64,000 bases of DNA from assembly GCA_965218295.1 (NCBI GenBank), contig CBDCKN010000015.1, forward strand, positions 128,001 to 192,000. Reading direction: 5' to 3'. The position numbers and the translations under genes were made by a program. The notes under the pieces are model-generated. The model searched no databases. It was not told the origin of the DNA and saw only the letters and a list, made by a program, of their open reading frames with translations. This DNA is from Longimicrobiales bacterium (GTDB lineage Bacteria > Gemmatimonadota > Gemmatimonadetes > Longimicrobiales > Gaopeijiaceae). Of this stretch, positions 39,177-49,145 are shown piece after piece; the first letter of the stretch is position 1; each line of letters opens with the position of its first letter.

Positions 39177-39833
39177 CTACGGCCCCAGATCCAGCAGCTC
39201 CCGGGGGCTCTCCAAGTAGAAATGTGGCTCGACCTCCTCGAGCCGTGCCCGCGTGAAAGGCCCCCACAGCGCCGCGGCCGTGTACACCCCGGCCGCCTTA
39301 CCCGCTATCGCGTCATAGGGAGAATCCCCTAGAAAGACCACGCCCCCCGGCCGCTCGAGGCCCAGGCGCTCCATGGCCAGGTTCACAGGCTCGGGATCGG
39401 GCTTGCCCTTTCCCACATCGTCGACTGTGACGAGCACCTCGAAGGCGTCCTCCATCCCGCAGCACGCCAGAGTGCGCAGAGTCATCTGCCGTGCCTTGCT
39501 CGTTACCACCGCCATGCGCGTGCCCGACTCCTTCAGGCGCGCCACCGTCTCCACCACCCCGGGAAACGCGCGCACCATCTCGTCGTGGACCGTGCGCTGG
39601 AACGCGACGTACGTCTCCACCATGGCCTCGGCCTCCTCCGCCGAGCGGGCGAAGTCCTTCATCTGCACGCGCAGGGGCATGCCCATGGTGGCGAGCCAGT
39701 CGTCGTCGTCACTCTCCCGGCCGAGATGCGTGAGGGTGGCGTGTCGAAACGACCGCAGAATGAGCCCGGTGGTATCCGCCAGGGTCCCATCGAGATCGAA
39801 CAGGACGGCGTCCCAGGAGTGGGCACGGGTCAT
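39177..39833 (-). CDS. HAD-IA phosphatase (PpaX-like)
   Basis: FDLDGTLADT, VVTSK, KPDPEP, LGDSPYD. Confidence 0.88.
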   Translation of the reverse strand: MTRAHSWDAVLFDLDGTLADTTGLILRSFRHATLTHLGRESDDDDWLATMGMPLRVQMKDFARSAEEAEAMVETYVAFQRTVHDEMVRAFPGVVETVARLKESGTRMAVVTSKARQMTLRTLACCGMEDAFEVLVTVDDVGKGKPDPEPVNLAMERLGLERPGGVVFLGDSPYDAIAGKAAGVYTAAALWGPFTRARLEEVEPHFYLESPRELLDLGP

Positions 39834-39864
39834 GAAGTAGCCTATGGAGCGGAGCGGGATCGGG

Positions 39865-41205
39865 TCATGAAGCGAGCCCTTCCCGTATAACTTCCACCAG
39901 ACACTCGATGCCGAAGTCCACCTGCGCCTCGGAGATCACCGCCGGCGGCGCGATCTCCACGACCTCTCCTCCAGCGCCGGCCGGCAGGACCAGGAGCCCC
40001 CTGGAAAGGGCGGCCTCGGCGATCGAGGCTCCGGCACCGCCCGGACCATCACCCTCCAGCGCGCTCAGCTCGATGCCGATGAGCAAGCCTCGGCCGCGGA
40101 CGTCCTGCACGCCGGGGGTCACTCCGACCAGAGCCTGGCCAAGGCCCTCGAGCAAGCGGCCGCCCAGGGTGGCGGCCCGACCTGCCAGATCCTCCTCTTC
40201 CAGGACGTCCAGGAAGGCGAGCGCCGTGGCGCACGACAGGGGGTGACCCAGGAACGTGCTCGTGTGCAGCGCCTCGCCCGTGGAGTCGGGCCACGCATCC
40301 ATGACCTCCCGAGGTCCCAGACAGGCGCTCACGGGAAGACCGCCGCCCAGCGCCTTGCCTACGCAGAGGATGTCCGGAGTCACTCCCTCGTGCTCGAACG
40401 CGAAAAGCGTACCCGTGCGGCCGAAGCCGGTGAAGATCTCGTCGAAAACGAGAAGAGCCCCGGCCGATCTCGTCAGCTCCGCCAGGCCGCTCAGGAATCC
40501 GGACGGCGGCACGCGTACTCCCGCCCTCCCCTGAATGGGCTCCACGACCACCGCCCCGATGGGATCCTCGAACGGGCCGTCTCCCGCCAGGATACGCTCG
40601 ACCTCCACGAGAGCGGCCTCGGCATCCTCGCCCTGGGGAAAGGGCGCAAAGGCCACACGGTCGTGAAGTCGTCCCCGGAACGGCGCCCGGAAGTAGGTGC
40701 GTTCCGTCACCGCCAGGCTCCCGAGGGTGAGTCCGTGGTAGCCGCCCTCGAACGCCAGGACTCCGGACCGGCCGGTAGACAGCTCGGCGGTCTTGAGAGC
40801 GATCTCGACAGCCTCCGATCCGGAGGAGGCGAGAACTCCCCGGGTCTCCTCCCACGGCGCCAGGTGAGCGAGCCGCTCCAGAAGCTCGAGCTTGAGCTCG
40901 GGCGGGTGCACGTCCCCCATCCCGTGAACGAGGCGGCCGGAATGCTCCTCGAGTGCAGCCCGGATGCGTGCATGGGCATGACCCGCCATGGCGACACCGA
41001 AAGCACCGGTGAAGTCGACGTAGACGTTCCCGTCCACGTCTCGCACGTTGGCACCGGCAGCGGCTTCCCAGAACACCGGAAATCGCTCGGATAGGAACGT
41101 GACGTTCCTGGACTCGACTCGTCGCAACCGCGCCGCTAGAGCCTTCGAGCGCGGTCCGGGCGGGGGGGTCAGGACCGAGGGCAGGAGCGAGCCGAGGTCA
41201 GACAT
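39865..41205 (-). CDS. Class III PLP aminotransferase
   Basis: SGSEAVEIALK, GYHGLT, EPIQG, FDEIFTGFGRTG, VGKALGGG, HTSTF. Start MSDLGS at 41205; the ORF-track extension lies inside a MITE. Confidence 0.88.
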   Translation of the reverse strand: MSDLGSLLPSVLTPPPGPRSKALAARLRRVESRNVTFLSERFPVFWEAAAGANVRDVDGNVYVDFTGAFGVAMAGHAHARIRAALEEHSGRLVHGMGDVHPPELKLELLERLAHLAPWEETRGVLASSGSEAVEIALKTAELSTGRSGVLAFEGGYHGLTLGSLAVTERTYFRAPFRGRLHDRVAFAPFPQGEDAEAALVEVERILAGDGPFEDPIGAVVVEPIQGRAGVRVPPSGFLSGLAELTRSAGALLVFDEIFTGFGRTGTLFAFEHEGVTPDILCVGKALGGGLPVSACLGPREVMDAWPDSTGEALHTSTFLGHPLSCATALAFLDVLEEEDLAGRAATLGGRLLEGLGQALVGVTPGVQDVRGRGLLIGIELSALEGDGPGGAGASIAEAALSRGLLVLPAGAGGEVVEIAPPAVISEAQVDFGIECLVEVIREGLAS

Positions 41206-41210
41206 GGTGC

Positions 41211-41447
41211 TAGAAGGCTGTTGAAGGAGTACAGCGGGTCGCGTTGCGGATGCCACGGCCCCAGATCCTAGGCGGAGCGACGACGCCATAGCCGTCGCTA
41301 CGGTTAGGAGCTCCAACAACGGGGGCACCGCGCGAAGCGTGGTCGGGGCCGTGCCACCGCAACCCACGAACATGTATGTTCATACCGACTCTTGTGTTGG
41401 GCACAGGGTGGTTGCGCGGCCCACTGTACTCCTTCAACAGCCTTCTA
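41211..41447. mobile_element. MITE-like element, family B (237 bp)
   Basis: Perfect 24-bp terminal IR TAGAAGGCTGTTGAAGGAGTACAG (41211-41234 / 41424-41447), extending imperfectly inward; TA at both ends; non-coding. Confidence 0.85.
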
Positions 41448-42344
41448 CTCTTCGCCGAGCGGATCCTCGGCGGCCATGCCCATGGCGTGAAAGCCCATGT
41501 CCACGTGCAGGGTCTCGCCCGTGATGCCGGCCCCGAGGGGAGAGCACAGGAACGCCGCGGTGTTCCCCACGTCGTCGGCGGTGTTGACCGCGGGAAGGGC
41601 AGCGTTTTGCCGATAGTAGTCCACCATGCGATCGATGGACCCGATGGCCCGGGCCGCTCGGCTGGCCAGAGGGCCCGCGGAGATCGTGTTTACCCGGATG
41701 CCCCAGCGCCGGCCCGCCTCGAACGCCAGGGTTCGGGTGTCGCTCTCGAGGGCGGCCTTGGCCGAGCTCATGCCTCCTCCGTAGCCCGGGATCACCCTCT
41801 CGCCCGCCAGATAGGTCAGGGACACCACGGATCCGCCCTCCCTCATGAGGGGACCGAAGCGCTGCACCATCCCCACCATCGAGTACGCACTGGCGCTGAC
41901 GGCTGCCAGGTACCCGGCCCGGCTGGTGTCCACCAGGAGCTTCTGCACCTCGGGCGCGTTGGCCAGCGAGTGCACCAGAACATCCAGGCAGGGGTCGCCG
42001 AAGTCGCTCCTGAGACCGTCGGCAACCTCCTGAAGCGTGTAGCTCGACAGGTCACGGTAGCGCTTGTCCTCACGTATGTCGTCCGGCACGTCGTCGGGCG
42101 TATCGAAGACCGCATCCATGGGATAGATCCTCTCGAACTCGATCTTACCGCCTCCGGGCAGGCTCAGGTCCAGCTTTCCCCGTTTCAGGCTCTGGGTGAA
42201 GATCCTCAGCACGGGCGGCCAGGTTCCGACGCAGATGGACGCACCGGCCCGGGCGAGGGCCCTCACAATGGCCCAGCCGTAGCCCTTGTCGTCCGCAACT
42301 CCTGCCACGAACGCTCTCTTGCCGGTCAGGTCTATGGGCAGCAT
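41445..42344 (-). CDS. fabI: Enoyl-ACP reductase, chlamydial/plastid type
   Basis: [66 protein letters not shown]. Confidence 0.9.
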   Translation of the reverse strand: MLPIDLTGKRAFVAGVADDKGYGWAIVRALARAGASICVGTWPPVLRIFTQSLKRGKLDLSLPGGGKIEFERIYPMDAVFDTPDDVPDDIREDKRYRDLSSYTLQEVADGLRSDFGDPCLDVLVHSLANAPEVQKLLVDTSRAGYLAAVSASAYSMVGMVQRFGPLMREGGSVVSLTYLAGERVIPGYGGGMSSAKAALESDTRTLAFEAGRRWGIRVNTISAGPLASRAARAIGSIDRMVDYYRQNAALPAVNTADDVGNTAAFLCSPLGAGITGETLHVDMGFHAMGMAAEDPLGEE

Positions 42345-42479
42345 GGACTCGATGCTCCTTGGCGTGTCTCGAGGGGGATCACTCCCAGACGTCGAAGGCA
42401 GGAACGTTAGGGAAAAGGGGCGGCGCCGTCGACCGTTACCGGATCGTCTCTCGTCGGCGGCCGGATCCGCGTGAAGAGC

Positions 42480-43436
42480 TCAGAGCAGGATCCACGCGCC
42501 CAGGGCCAGGTAGCTCCCCAACAGGACGATCCCTTCGGCTCGCCGGATGGTGAGGTTGGCCCGCACGATGGGGATGAGCAGAACCGACATGATGACCACC
42601 GCCGGGAACTCGAGTCTCAGAACCTGAGGATTCACGGGTAGCGGCGTGATCGTCGCGGTGATGCCGAGGATGGCGGCGATGTTGAAGACGTTCGAGCCGA
42701 TGACGTTGCCGACAGCGATGTCCGCCTCGTCCCTAAACGCCGCGACGATGGACGTGGCGAGCTCGGGAAGAGACGTCCCGATGGAGACCAGCGTGAGGCC
42801 GATCACCAGCTCCGAGATGCCCATGGCCTCGGCGAGGGCGAGGGCCGACTCGCGGATGGCGAAGGCGCCCATGACGAGCCCCATGATCCCCAGGGTGATG
42901 AGGGCGAGATCCCGCACCGCCGCCCACGGCGTCAGTCCCACGGCCTCCTTGGCGAACTGCTCGTACTCACCCAGTACCGCCTCGTCTTCCGCCTTCGCCG
43001 TCCTGAATATGAACCACAGGTAGCCGCCGAGAACCCCCAGAAGGGCGATCTCCTCAAGGCGTCCGATGCGAAGATCCCAGATCACCGGCAGGAGGAGCGC
43101 CGTGATGATCAGCATCACGGGCACCTCGCGGGTTACGATGCGTCCCGAGACGTTCAGCGGCCTCATGATGGCGCTGATACCGAGGACGAGGCCGATGTTG
43201 GCGAGATTCGACCCCATGACGTTGCCGATGGCCAGATCGCCGTGGCCGCCCACCGCCGCCACGACGGAGACCACGAGCTCCGGAGCGGAGGTCCCCATGG
43301 AAACCACGGTGAGCCCGAGGACGATGGGGCTCACTCCCAGCGATGTGGCGAGGCGGGCACTGCCCCGCACGAGCCACTCGGCGCCAAAGTAGAGGACGCC
43401 CACACCGCCGATGAAGAGCAGGATCTCCCGGCTCAT
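42480..43436 (-). CDS. Ca2+/Na+ antiporter (CaCA, YrbG-like)
   Basis: Two alpha repeats GTSAPE...GNVMGSN and GTSLPE...GNVIGSN. Confidence 0.9.
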   Translation of the reverse strand: MSREILLFIGGVGVLYFGAEWLVRGSARLATSLGVSPIVLGLTVVSMGTSAPELVVSVVAAVGGHGDLAIGNVMGSNLANIGLVLGISAIMRPLNVSGRIVTREVPVMLIITALLLPVIWDLRIGRLEEIALLGVLGGYLWFIFRTAKAEDEAVLGEYEQFAKEAVGLTPWAAVRDLALITLGIMGLVMGAFAIRESALALAEAMGISELVIGLTLVSIGTSLPELATSIVAAFRDEADIAVGNVIGSNVFNIAAILGITATITPLPVNPQVLRLEFPAVVIMSVLLIPIVRANLTIRRAEGIVLLGSYLALGAWILL

Positions 43437-45205
43437 GCCCGCCGCATCTCGCGTCGCCCCATCCAGTCTCGGAGCTGATCCACAGTCATCGTGTTTAGAA
43501 CGTCCTCTCTATCCAGCCACCCACGTCGGGCCTGATCTACGCCATAGGAGATGTGATCCAGCCGCTGGACCGAGTGCGCATCAGTGCTGATCACGACCTT
43601 GACCCCCAGCTCCTTGGCACGCCGTGCATGGACGTCGTTCAGGTCGAGTCGGTTCGGGTTCGCGTTGATCTCCACTGCGACGTCGAGCTCCGACGCCGCC
43701 TGCAAGACAGCCTCCACGTCGAGCTCGAACGGCTCCCTGCGGCCGAGCAGTCGCCCGGTGGGATGGCCGACGATGTCCACCGACGGATGTTGCATGGCAC
43801 GGATCACCCGATCCGTCATCGTCGCTCGATCCATGTCCATCAAGGAGTGCACGGAGATGATCACCGCATCCAGTGCCTCGAGGACCTCGTCGGTCATATC
43901 GAGGCTCCCATCCCGCAGAATGTCTACTTCCAAGCTCTTGAAAATCGTGATCCCGTCCAGTCCCTCCTGGACTCGGTCGATCTCCGCCCACTGCTCAGGG
44001 GCCTTGTCGGGGGTCAAGCCCTGGACCATCGCCAAGGCGGGGCTGTGGTCGCTAACCGCCAGGTATTCGTACCCTCTGGCCTGGCACGCCCGCGCCATCT
44101 CCTCGATGGAGGCCCTCCCGTCGCTCCAGGTGGAGTGCATGTGGAGATCGCCCCTGATGTCCTCCAGGGTGACGAGCTCGGGAAGGGAGCCGTCCCGGGC
44201 GGCCTCAATCTCTCCTCGGTTCTCGCGAACCACGGGTGGAATCCACGGGAGACCGACGGCCTCGAACACGGACTCCTCGGTGTCGCCGGCAATGCGCTCG
44301 CCATCCTCCTTGCCCACCTCTTCCGGATCCACACCCTCCGGAAGGCGAAAGACCCCCCACTCGTTCACGCGTAGGCCCTGTCTCAGTGCGAGCTGACGGA
44401 CCGCCACGTTGTGCTCCATGGAGCCCGTGAAGTAGTGGAGGGCCGCGCCGAAGGAGCGCGGGGGGATGACGCGGAGATCCACCTCCAACCCGGACCGGAG
44501 GACCACGGCCCCCCGCGTGTCCCCTGCCAGGTCCACCCGCTCCACGGACCCGAAGGTGGTGAAGCGCTCCATGACATCGGGAGCGGGGAGATCGGCCTGT
44601 ACGAGCAGATCCACGTCACCGATGGTCTCTTTGCGGCGCCGATAGCTCCCCGCCACCTCGATACGCTGGACGCCCTTCGCCTCCCTGATGTGCTCGACGA
44701 GAGGTCCGATGAGGTCATCCACTTGGGAGAGGAGGAAGCGTCCGGAGTAGCGACGAAAGTCCTCGATGGCGCGAAGGATCTTCTGCACGCTCGTCGTTCC
44801 GAAGCCCTCCAGAGCCTGCACCTTCTCGGCGTTCAGAGCCTCCTCGAGCTCGTCGACGGTCTTCACGTCCAGCGACTCCCAGAGCTTCTTCGCCTTCTTG
44901 GGTCCGACCCCATCGAGCTTCACGAGGTCGACCAGAGACCGGGGAATCTCTTCGGCGAGCTCCTCCAGCCGGGAAAGGCTCCCGGTCGCGATGAGTTCGA
45001 CGATGTGGGCGGACATGTCCTTCCCGATGGCCGAAAGCTCGGTGAGGTCCTCCTCCGCCTCGACCATGGACTTCAGGGAGCGGGTGAGTCCCCGGACCGT
45101 GCGGACGGCGTTCCGGTAGGCCCTGATGCGGAACGGATCGGAGCCCCGGATCTCGAGCAGGTCCGCGAGCTCGTCCAGGACGGCGGCTATCTCGATGTTC
45201 TCCAC
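43433..45205 (-). CDS. polX: DNA polymerase X with PHP domain
   Basis: FRIRAYRNA, GSYRRRKETIGDVDLL, VDLRV, YFTGS; PHP DLHMHSTWSDG, SDHS, GHPTG, STDAH. Confidence 0.93.
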   Translation of the reverse strand: MENIEIAAVLDELADLLEIRGSDPFRIRAYRNAVRTVRGLTRSLKSMVEAEEDLTELSAIGKDMSAHIVELIATGSLSRLEELAEEIPRSLVDLVKLDGVGPKKAKKLWESLDVKTVDELEEALNAEKVQALEGFGTTSVQKILRAIEDFRRYSGRFLLSQVDDLIGPLVEHIREAKGVQRIEVAGSYRRRKETIGDVDLLVQADLPAPDVMERFTTFGSVERVDLAGDTRGAVVLRSGLEVDLRVIPPRSFGAALHYFTGSMEHNVAVRQLALRQGLRVNEWGVFRLPEGVDPEEVGKEDGERIAGDTEESVFEAVGLPWIPPVVRENRGEIEAARDGSLPELVTLEDIRGDLHMHSTWSDGRASIEEMARACQARGYEYLAVSDHSPALAMVQGLTPDKAPEQWAEIDRVQEGLDGITIFKSLEVDILRDGSLDMTDEVLEALDAVIISVHSLMDMDRATMTDRVIRAMQHPSVDIVGHPTGRLLGRREPFELDVEAVLQAASELDVAVEINANPNRLDLNDVHARRAKELGVKVVISTDAHSVQRLDHISYGVDQARRGWLDREDVLNTMTVDQLRDWMGRREMRRA

Positions 45206-45208
45206 CGG

Positions 45209-47263
45209 TTACAGAATCCCCTCCGCTTCGAGCAGCGCGACGAACTCCGGCTCGGTGAGGACAGTCACGCCCAGGTCCCTCGCCTTCTGAAGCTTCGATC
45301 CCGGATCGGCTCCCACGACCATGTAGGTCGTCTCTCCGCTCACGGAGCCCACCACGCGGCCCCCGGCCCCCTCGATGAGTCGCTTGGCCTCGGAGCGGGC
45401 GAACCCCTCGAGCCCACCCGTGAACACGAACCTCTGCCCCGCCAGCGCGTGACCCCCGGTGTCCTCCGGCGGGATGAGATCCATGCCCCGGTCGAGAACC
45501 GCCTGGATCCGGGCCCTATTCCGCTCGTCGTCCAAGAAGCTCAGGATCTGCTCCGACATGATCGGGCCGATCCCCTCCACGGCCTCCAGCTCCTCGAGGG
45601 TGGCGGCCTGGACCCCTTCGAAGCTGCGGAAGTGGCGAGCCAGATCCCGGGCGACAGTGGCTCCCACCTCGGGAATGCCCAGGCCGTAGAGGAAGCGATG
45701 AAGCTCTACCGACTTCTTGGTCTGAATGGCGTCGGCCAGGTTCGCCGCCGACCTCTCGGCGAACCCGTCCAGTTGTTCGAGGTCTTCGGCCGTGAGGTCG
45801 AAGAGGTTCGCCAGCTCCTTCACCAAGCCACGGTCCACCAGGAGGTTGGCCGCCTCCTCTCCCAGTCCCTCGATGTCGAGGCCCGTCCGTGAACCGAAGT
45901 GCATGATCCCCCTCTTGAGCTGTGCCGGGCAGCCGAAGCGGTTGGGGCAGTACGTGAATGGACCGCTCTCCTTCACCGGGGTATCGCAGGCCGGGCACCG
46001 GTCCGGCATCTCGAAGACCGCGCCACGCTCCCGCCCGTCTTCGTCCACTCGCTCGACGACCTGGGGGATGACGTCTCCGGCTCTCTGGATCCTCACCAGA
46101 TCGCCCTCGCGCACGTCCTTGCGGGCCACCTCCTCACGGTTGTGGAGCGACGCGCGCGCGACCGTCACGCCGCCCACCTCGACCGGCCGTAGCAACGCCA
46201 CGGGCGTGAGCTTCCCCGTCCGGCCCACCGAGACGGCGATCCTCTCGATGCGGGTGATCTCCTTGCGCGGCTCGAACTTGAAGGCCAGAGCCCACCGGGG
46301 GTGGTGGGACGTGGCGCCCAGATCCTCCCGCGCGTCCAGATCGTTCAGCTTGATGACCACTCCGTCGATCTCGTAGTCGAGGTCGTCTCGGTTCTCTTCG
46401 AAGCTCCGGTGATACTCGATGATCTCTTCGACCGTGGTCACCCGCTTCACGCGCTCTGGTGTCTTGAAGCCCCAGTCCCGTAGCGCCTGCACCCCCTCGT
46501 GGTCCGACGCGATCTGGGCCCCCCGCAGCATGAGGATGTCGTAAGCCAGGACGTCCAGGGGTCTTCCGGCAGTCACCCGTGGGTCCAGCTGGCGGAGAGA
46601 TCCGGATGCGGAGTTCCGGGGATTCACGTAGGGCTCTGAGCCCTGCTCCACCATGCGCTCGTTGAGGGCTTCGAAGGCCGAGAGGTACATGATCACCTCG
46701 CCCCGGATAGCCAGCAGCTCGGGAGCCGCTCGGGCGTGCTCCAGCAGGCGCAGCGGCACGCTGGAGATGGTCTTCACGTTCTCGGTGACGACCTCTCCCG
46801 TGTGACCGTTCCCTCTAGTGACGGCGCGCACGAACAGGCCGTTCTCGTAGACGAGCTCGATGGAGGCCCCGTCCAGCTTCGGCTCCAGGAGGTACTCGGG
46901 CTCGCTCTCCAGACCCCTGCGCACACGCTCGTCAAAGCGACGCACCTCGTCGCTGTCCTGGGTGGAGTCCAGGGAGAGCATCGGGGCCGTGTGCTCCGCC
47001 GCGGAAAGCTCGCTCTTGGGCTCGCCAGCGACTCGCTGGGAAGGGGAGTCGGGCGTGACCAGGTGCGGGTGAGCGGCCTCCAGAGTGAGGAGCTCGGCAT
47101 ACAGGCGATCGAACTCCGCGTCGTCGATTTCCGGTCGAGACTCGACGTAATAGAGATGGGAGTGCCGTCGAAGCTCCTCTCGGAGAGCCTCGAGCCGGCG
47201 CTCCACGTCTTCGCCCTGGTCCGGGGAAGGTCCCGTGGGGTTGTTCGGCGTGCCTCGGGTCAA
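45209..47263 (-). CDS. ligA: NAD-dependent DNA ligase
   Basis: PMLSL, EPKLDG, RGEV, NPRN, IDGVVIK, RAGDVIP, Zn finger CPAC...C....C, BRCT FVFTG. TTG start at 47263 is tentative. Confidence 0.93.
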   Translation of the reverse strand: MTRGTPNNPTGPSPDQGEDVERRLEALREELRRHSHLYYVESRPEIDDAEFDRLYAELLTLEAAHPHLVTPDSPSQRVAGEPKSELSAAEHTAPMLSLDSTQDSDEVRRFDERVRRGLESEPEYLLEPKLDGASIELVYENGLFVRAVTRGNGHTGEVVTENVKTISSVPLRLLEHARAAPELLAIRGEVIMYLSAFEALNERMVEQGSEPYVNPRNSASGSLRQLDPRVTAGRPLDVLAYDILMLRGAQIASDHEGVQALRDWGFKTPERVKRVTTVEEIIEYHRSFEENRDDLDYEIDGVVIKLNDLDAREDLGATSHHPRWALAFKFEPRKEITRIERIAVSVGRTGKLTPVALLRPVEVGGVTVARASLHNREEVARKDVREGDLVRIQRAGDVIPQVVERVDEDGRERGAVFEMPDRCPACDTPVKESGPFTYCPNRFGCPAQLKRGIMHFGSRTGLDIEGLGEEAANLLVDRGLVKELANLFDLTAEDLEQLDGFAERSAANLADAIQTKKSVELHRFLYGLGIPEVGATVARDLARHFRSFEGVQAATLEELEAVEGIGPIMSEQILSFLDDERNRARIQAVLDRGMDLIPPEDTGGHALAGQRFVFTGGLEGFARSEAKRLIEGAGGRVVGSVSGETTYMVVGADPGSKLQKARDLGVTVLTEPEFVALLEAEGIL

Positions 47264-47469
47264 TGAAACTCCAACTCCCAGTGGGAAACGCGGCGTCAAT
47301 AACGTGGCGAATCCCGAGGGGTGCGGACAGTCCTCACGATACGAGCGGCCCGGCCTCTCCCGGCGTTGCGTGGCTCCGGTGGAGCGGGGTATATCACAGA
47401 ACCTGCCCGGCACCCCGGGGCACCCGAACCGATCATGCCGCCGAGTGATCTCAGACGGCTGGAGGAACG

Positions 47470-49098
47470 ATGCGAATCACCCGCACGCTGCTGCGCACGG
47501 GACTGCCTGTCGTGGCCATCCTAGCCCTGGCGACTCAGGCCTCGGCCCAGCGACCCACGACGACGCTCCGGGGTCCCGATGAGGGCGATGGGCCTTACAA
47601 CCGGCTCATCCTGAGGGGTGCCACGATCATCGACGGGACCGGCGCCCCTCCGCGGGGACCGGTGGACATCGTCATCGAGAACGATCGCATCGCCGAGGTC
47701 CGGTCGGTGGGTTTCCCCGGCGTACCCATCAGCGAGCGACGTCCCCCCGAAGATCCCGAGCGCGAAATCGACCTCACGGGGCACTACGTCATGCCGGGCT
47801 TCGTGGACATGCACGCTCACACCGGTGGCGAGCCCAAGGCGCCCCAACCCGAGTACGTCTACAAGCTCTGGATGGCCCATGGAGTCACGACGTCGCGGGG
47901 CGTCGGGCACGGGCCCATGATGTGGGCGCTTGCGGAGAAGGCCAAGGCCGCCCGGAACGAGATCGTGGCGCCTCGCATGTACACCTACGCCCGTCCGGGA
48001 GAGGCGTGGGACAAGGGCAGCATCGACTCGCCCGAGAAGGCCCGGGAGTGGGTGCGCTGGGCCGTGACGCAGGAGGTGGACGGCCAGAGGATCGACGGGC
48101 TCAAGCTGGGGTCCTTGGATCCGCCCATCATGGAGGCGGTCATCGACGAGGCCCACAGACACGGCCTGGGCACCGTAGCCCACCTGGGGCAGATGGGCCT
48201 CGCCAGGATGACGGCGCTGGACGCCGCCGAGGCCGGCCTCGACATGATCACCCACTACTACGGGCTCTTCGAGTCGCTTCTGAAGGACTACAGCATTCAG
48301 GACTGGCCCCTGGACTATAACTACAACGACGAGCAGCACCGCTTCGGCAACGTGGCCCGGCTCTGGGACCAGATCTACGAGCCCGGCTCCGACGAGTGGT
48401 ACGCCCTCATGGACCGCTTCCTGGAGCTGGACTTCGGGATCGATCCCACCATGACCATCTACGAGGCTAGCCGGGACGTCATGCGGGCCCGCAACGCGGA
48501 CTGGCACAAGGAATACACGCTGCCGAGCCAGGAGGAGTTCTACCAGCCGAGCCGCCAGGCCCACGGGTCTTACTGGTTCTACTGGACCACGGAGGACGAG
48601 GTGGCCTGGAAGAACTTCTACATCCGCTGGATGCGGTTCCTGAACGAGTACAAGAACCGGGGCGGGATCGTGACCACTGGCTCCGATTCCGGCTTCATCT
48701 ACAAGCTCTACGGCTTCGCCTACATCCGTGAGCTGGAGCTTCTGCGCGAGGCGGGCTTCCACCCCATCGAGGTGATCCGATCGGCCACCATGTACGGCGC
48801 CATGCAGCTCAACAAGCCCAAGGGGCTCGCGCCCGACTTCGGACTGATCCGGAAAGGCCTCAAGGCCGATCTGGTGGTCGTCGACGAGAATCCGCTGCAG
48901 AATCTCAAGGTCCTCTACGGGACTGGCGCGGTAAAGCTCCACGACGAGACCGGCGAGGTGGAGCGCGTGGGCGGCATCAAGTACACGATCAAGGACGGCA
49001 TCGTGTACGACGCCAAGAAGCTCCTGGAGGACGTCCGGGAGATGGTGCGCAAGGCGAAGGAGGAAGAGCGCGTCACCACCGACGGCGCAGGAAACTGA
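47470..49098 (+). CDS. Exported amidohydrolase-superfamily protein
   Basis: Signal peptide; MPGFVDMHAH, TGSDSG, KADLVVVDENPL. Confidence 0.85.
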   Translation: MRITRTLLRTGLPVVAILALATQASAQRPTTTLRGPDEGDGPYNRLILRGATIIDGTGAPPRGPVDIVIENDRIAEVRSVGFPGVPISERRPPEDPEREIDLTGHYVMPGFVDMHAHTGGEPKAPQPEYVYKLWMAHGVTTSRGVGHGPMMWALAEKAKAARNEIVAPRMYTYARPGEAWDKGSIDSPEKAREWVRWAVTQEVDGQRIDGLKLGSLDPPIMEAVIDEAHRHGLGTVAHLGQMGLARMTALDAAEAGLDMITHYYGLFESLLKDYSIQDWPLDYNYNDEQHRFGNVARLWDQIYEPGSDEWYALMDRFLELDFGIDPTMTIYEASRDVMRARNADWHKEYTLPSQEEFYQPSRQAHGSYWFYWTTEDEVAWKNFYIRWMRFLNEYKNRGGIVTTGSDSGFIYKLYGFAYIRELELLREAGFHPIEVIRSATMYGAMQLNKPKGLAPDFGLIRKGLKADLVVVDENPLQNLKVLYGTGAVKLHDETGEVERVGGIKYTIKDGIVYDAKKLLEDVREMVRKAKEEERVTTDGAGN

Positions 49099-49145
49099 CC
49101 GTGAACGAGGCCGGCTCCGAGGCTGGCTCAGCAGGCTGATCGAGC

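Noticed and set aside
41206..41373. N-terminal extension of the aminotransferase ORF
   Set aside because: Lies within MITE B; homology begins at MSDLGS (41205).
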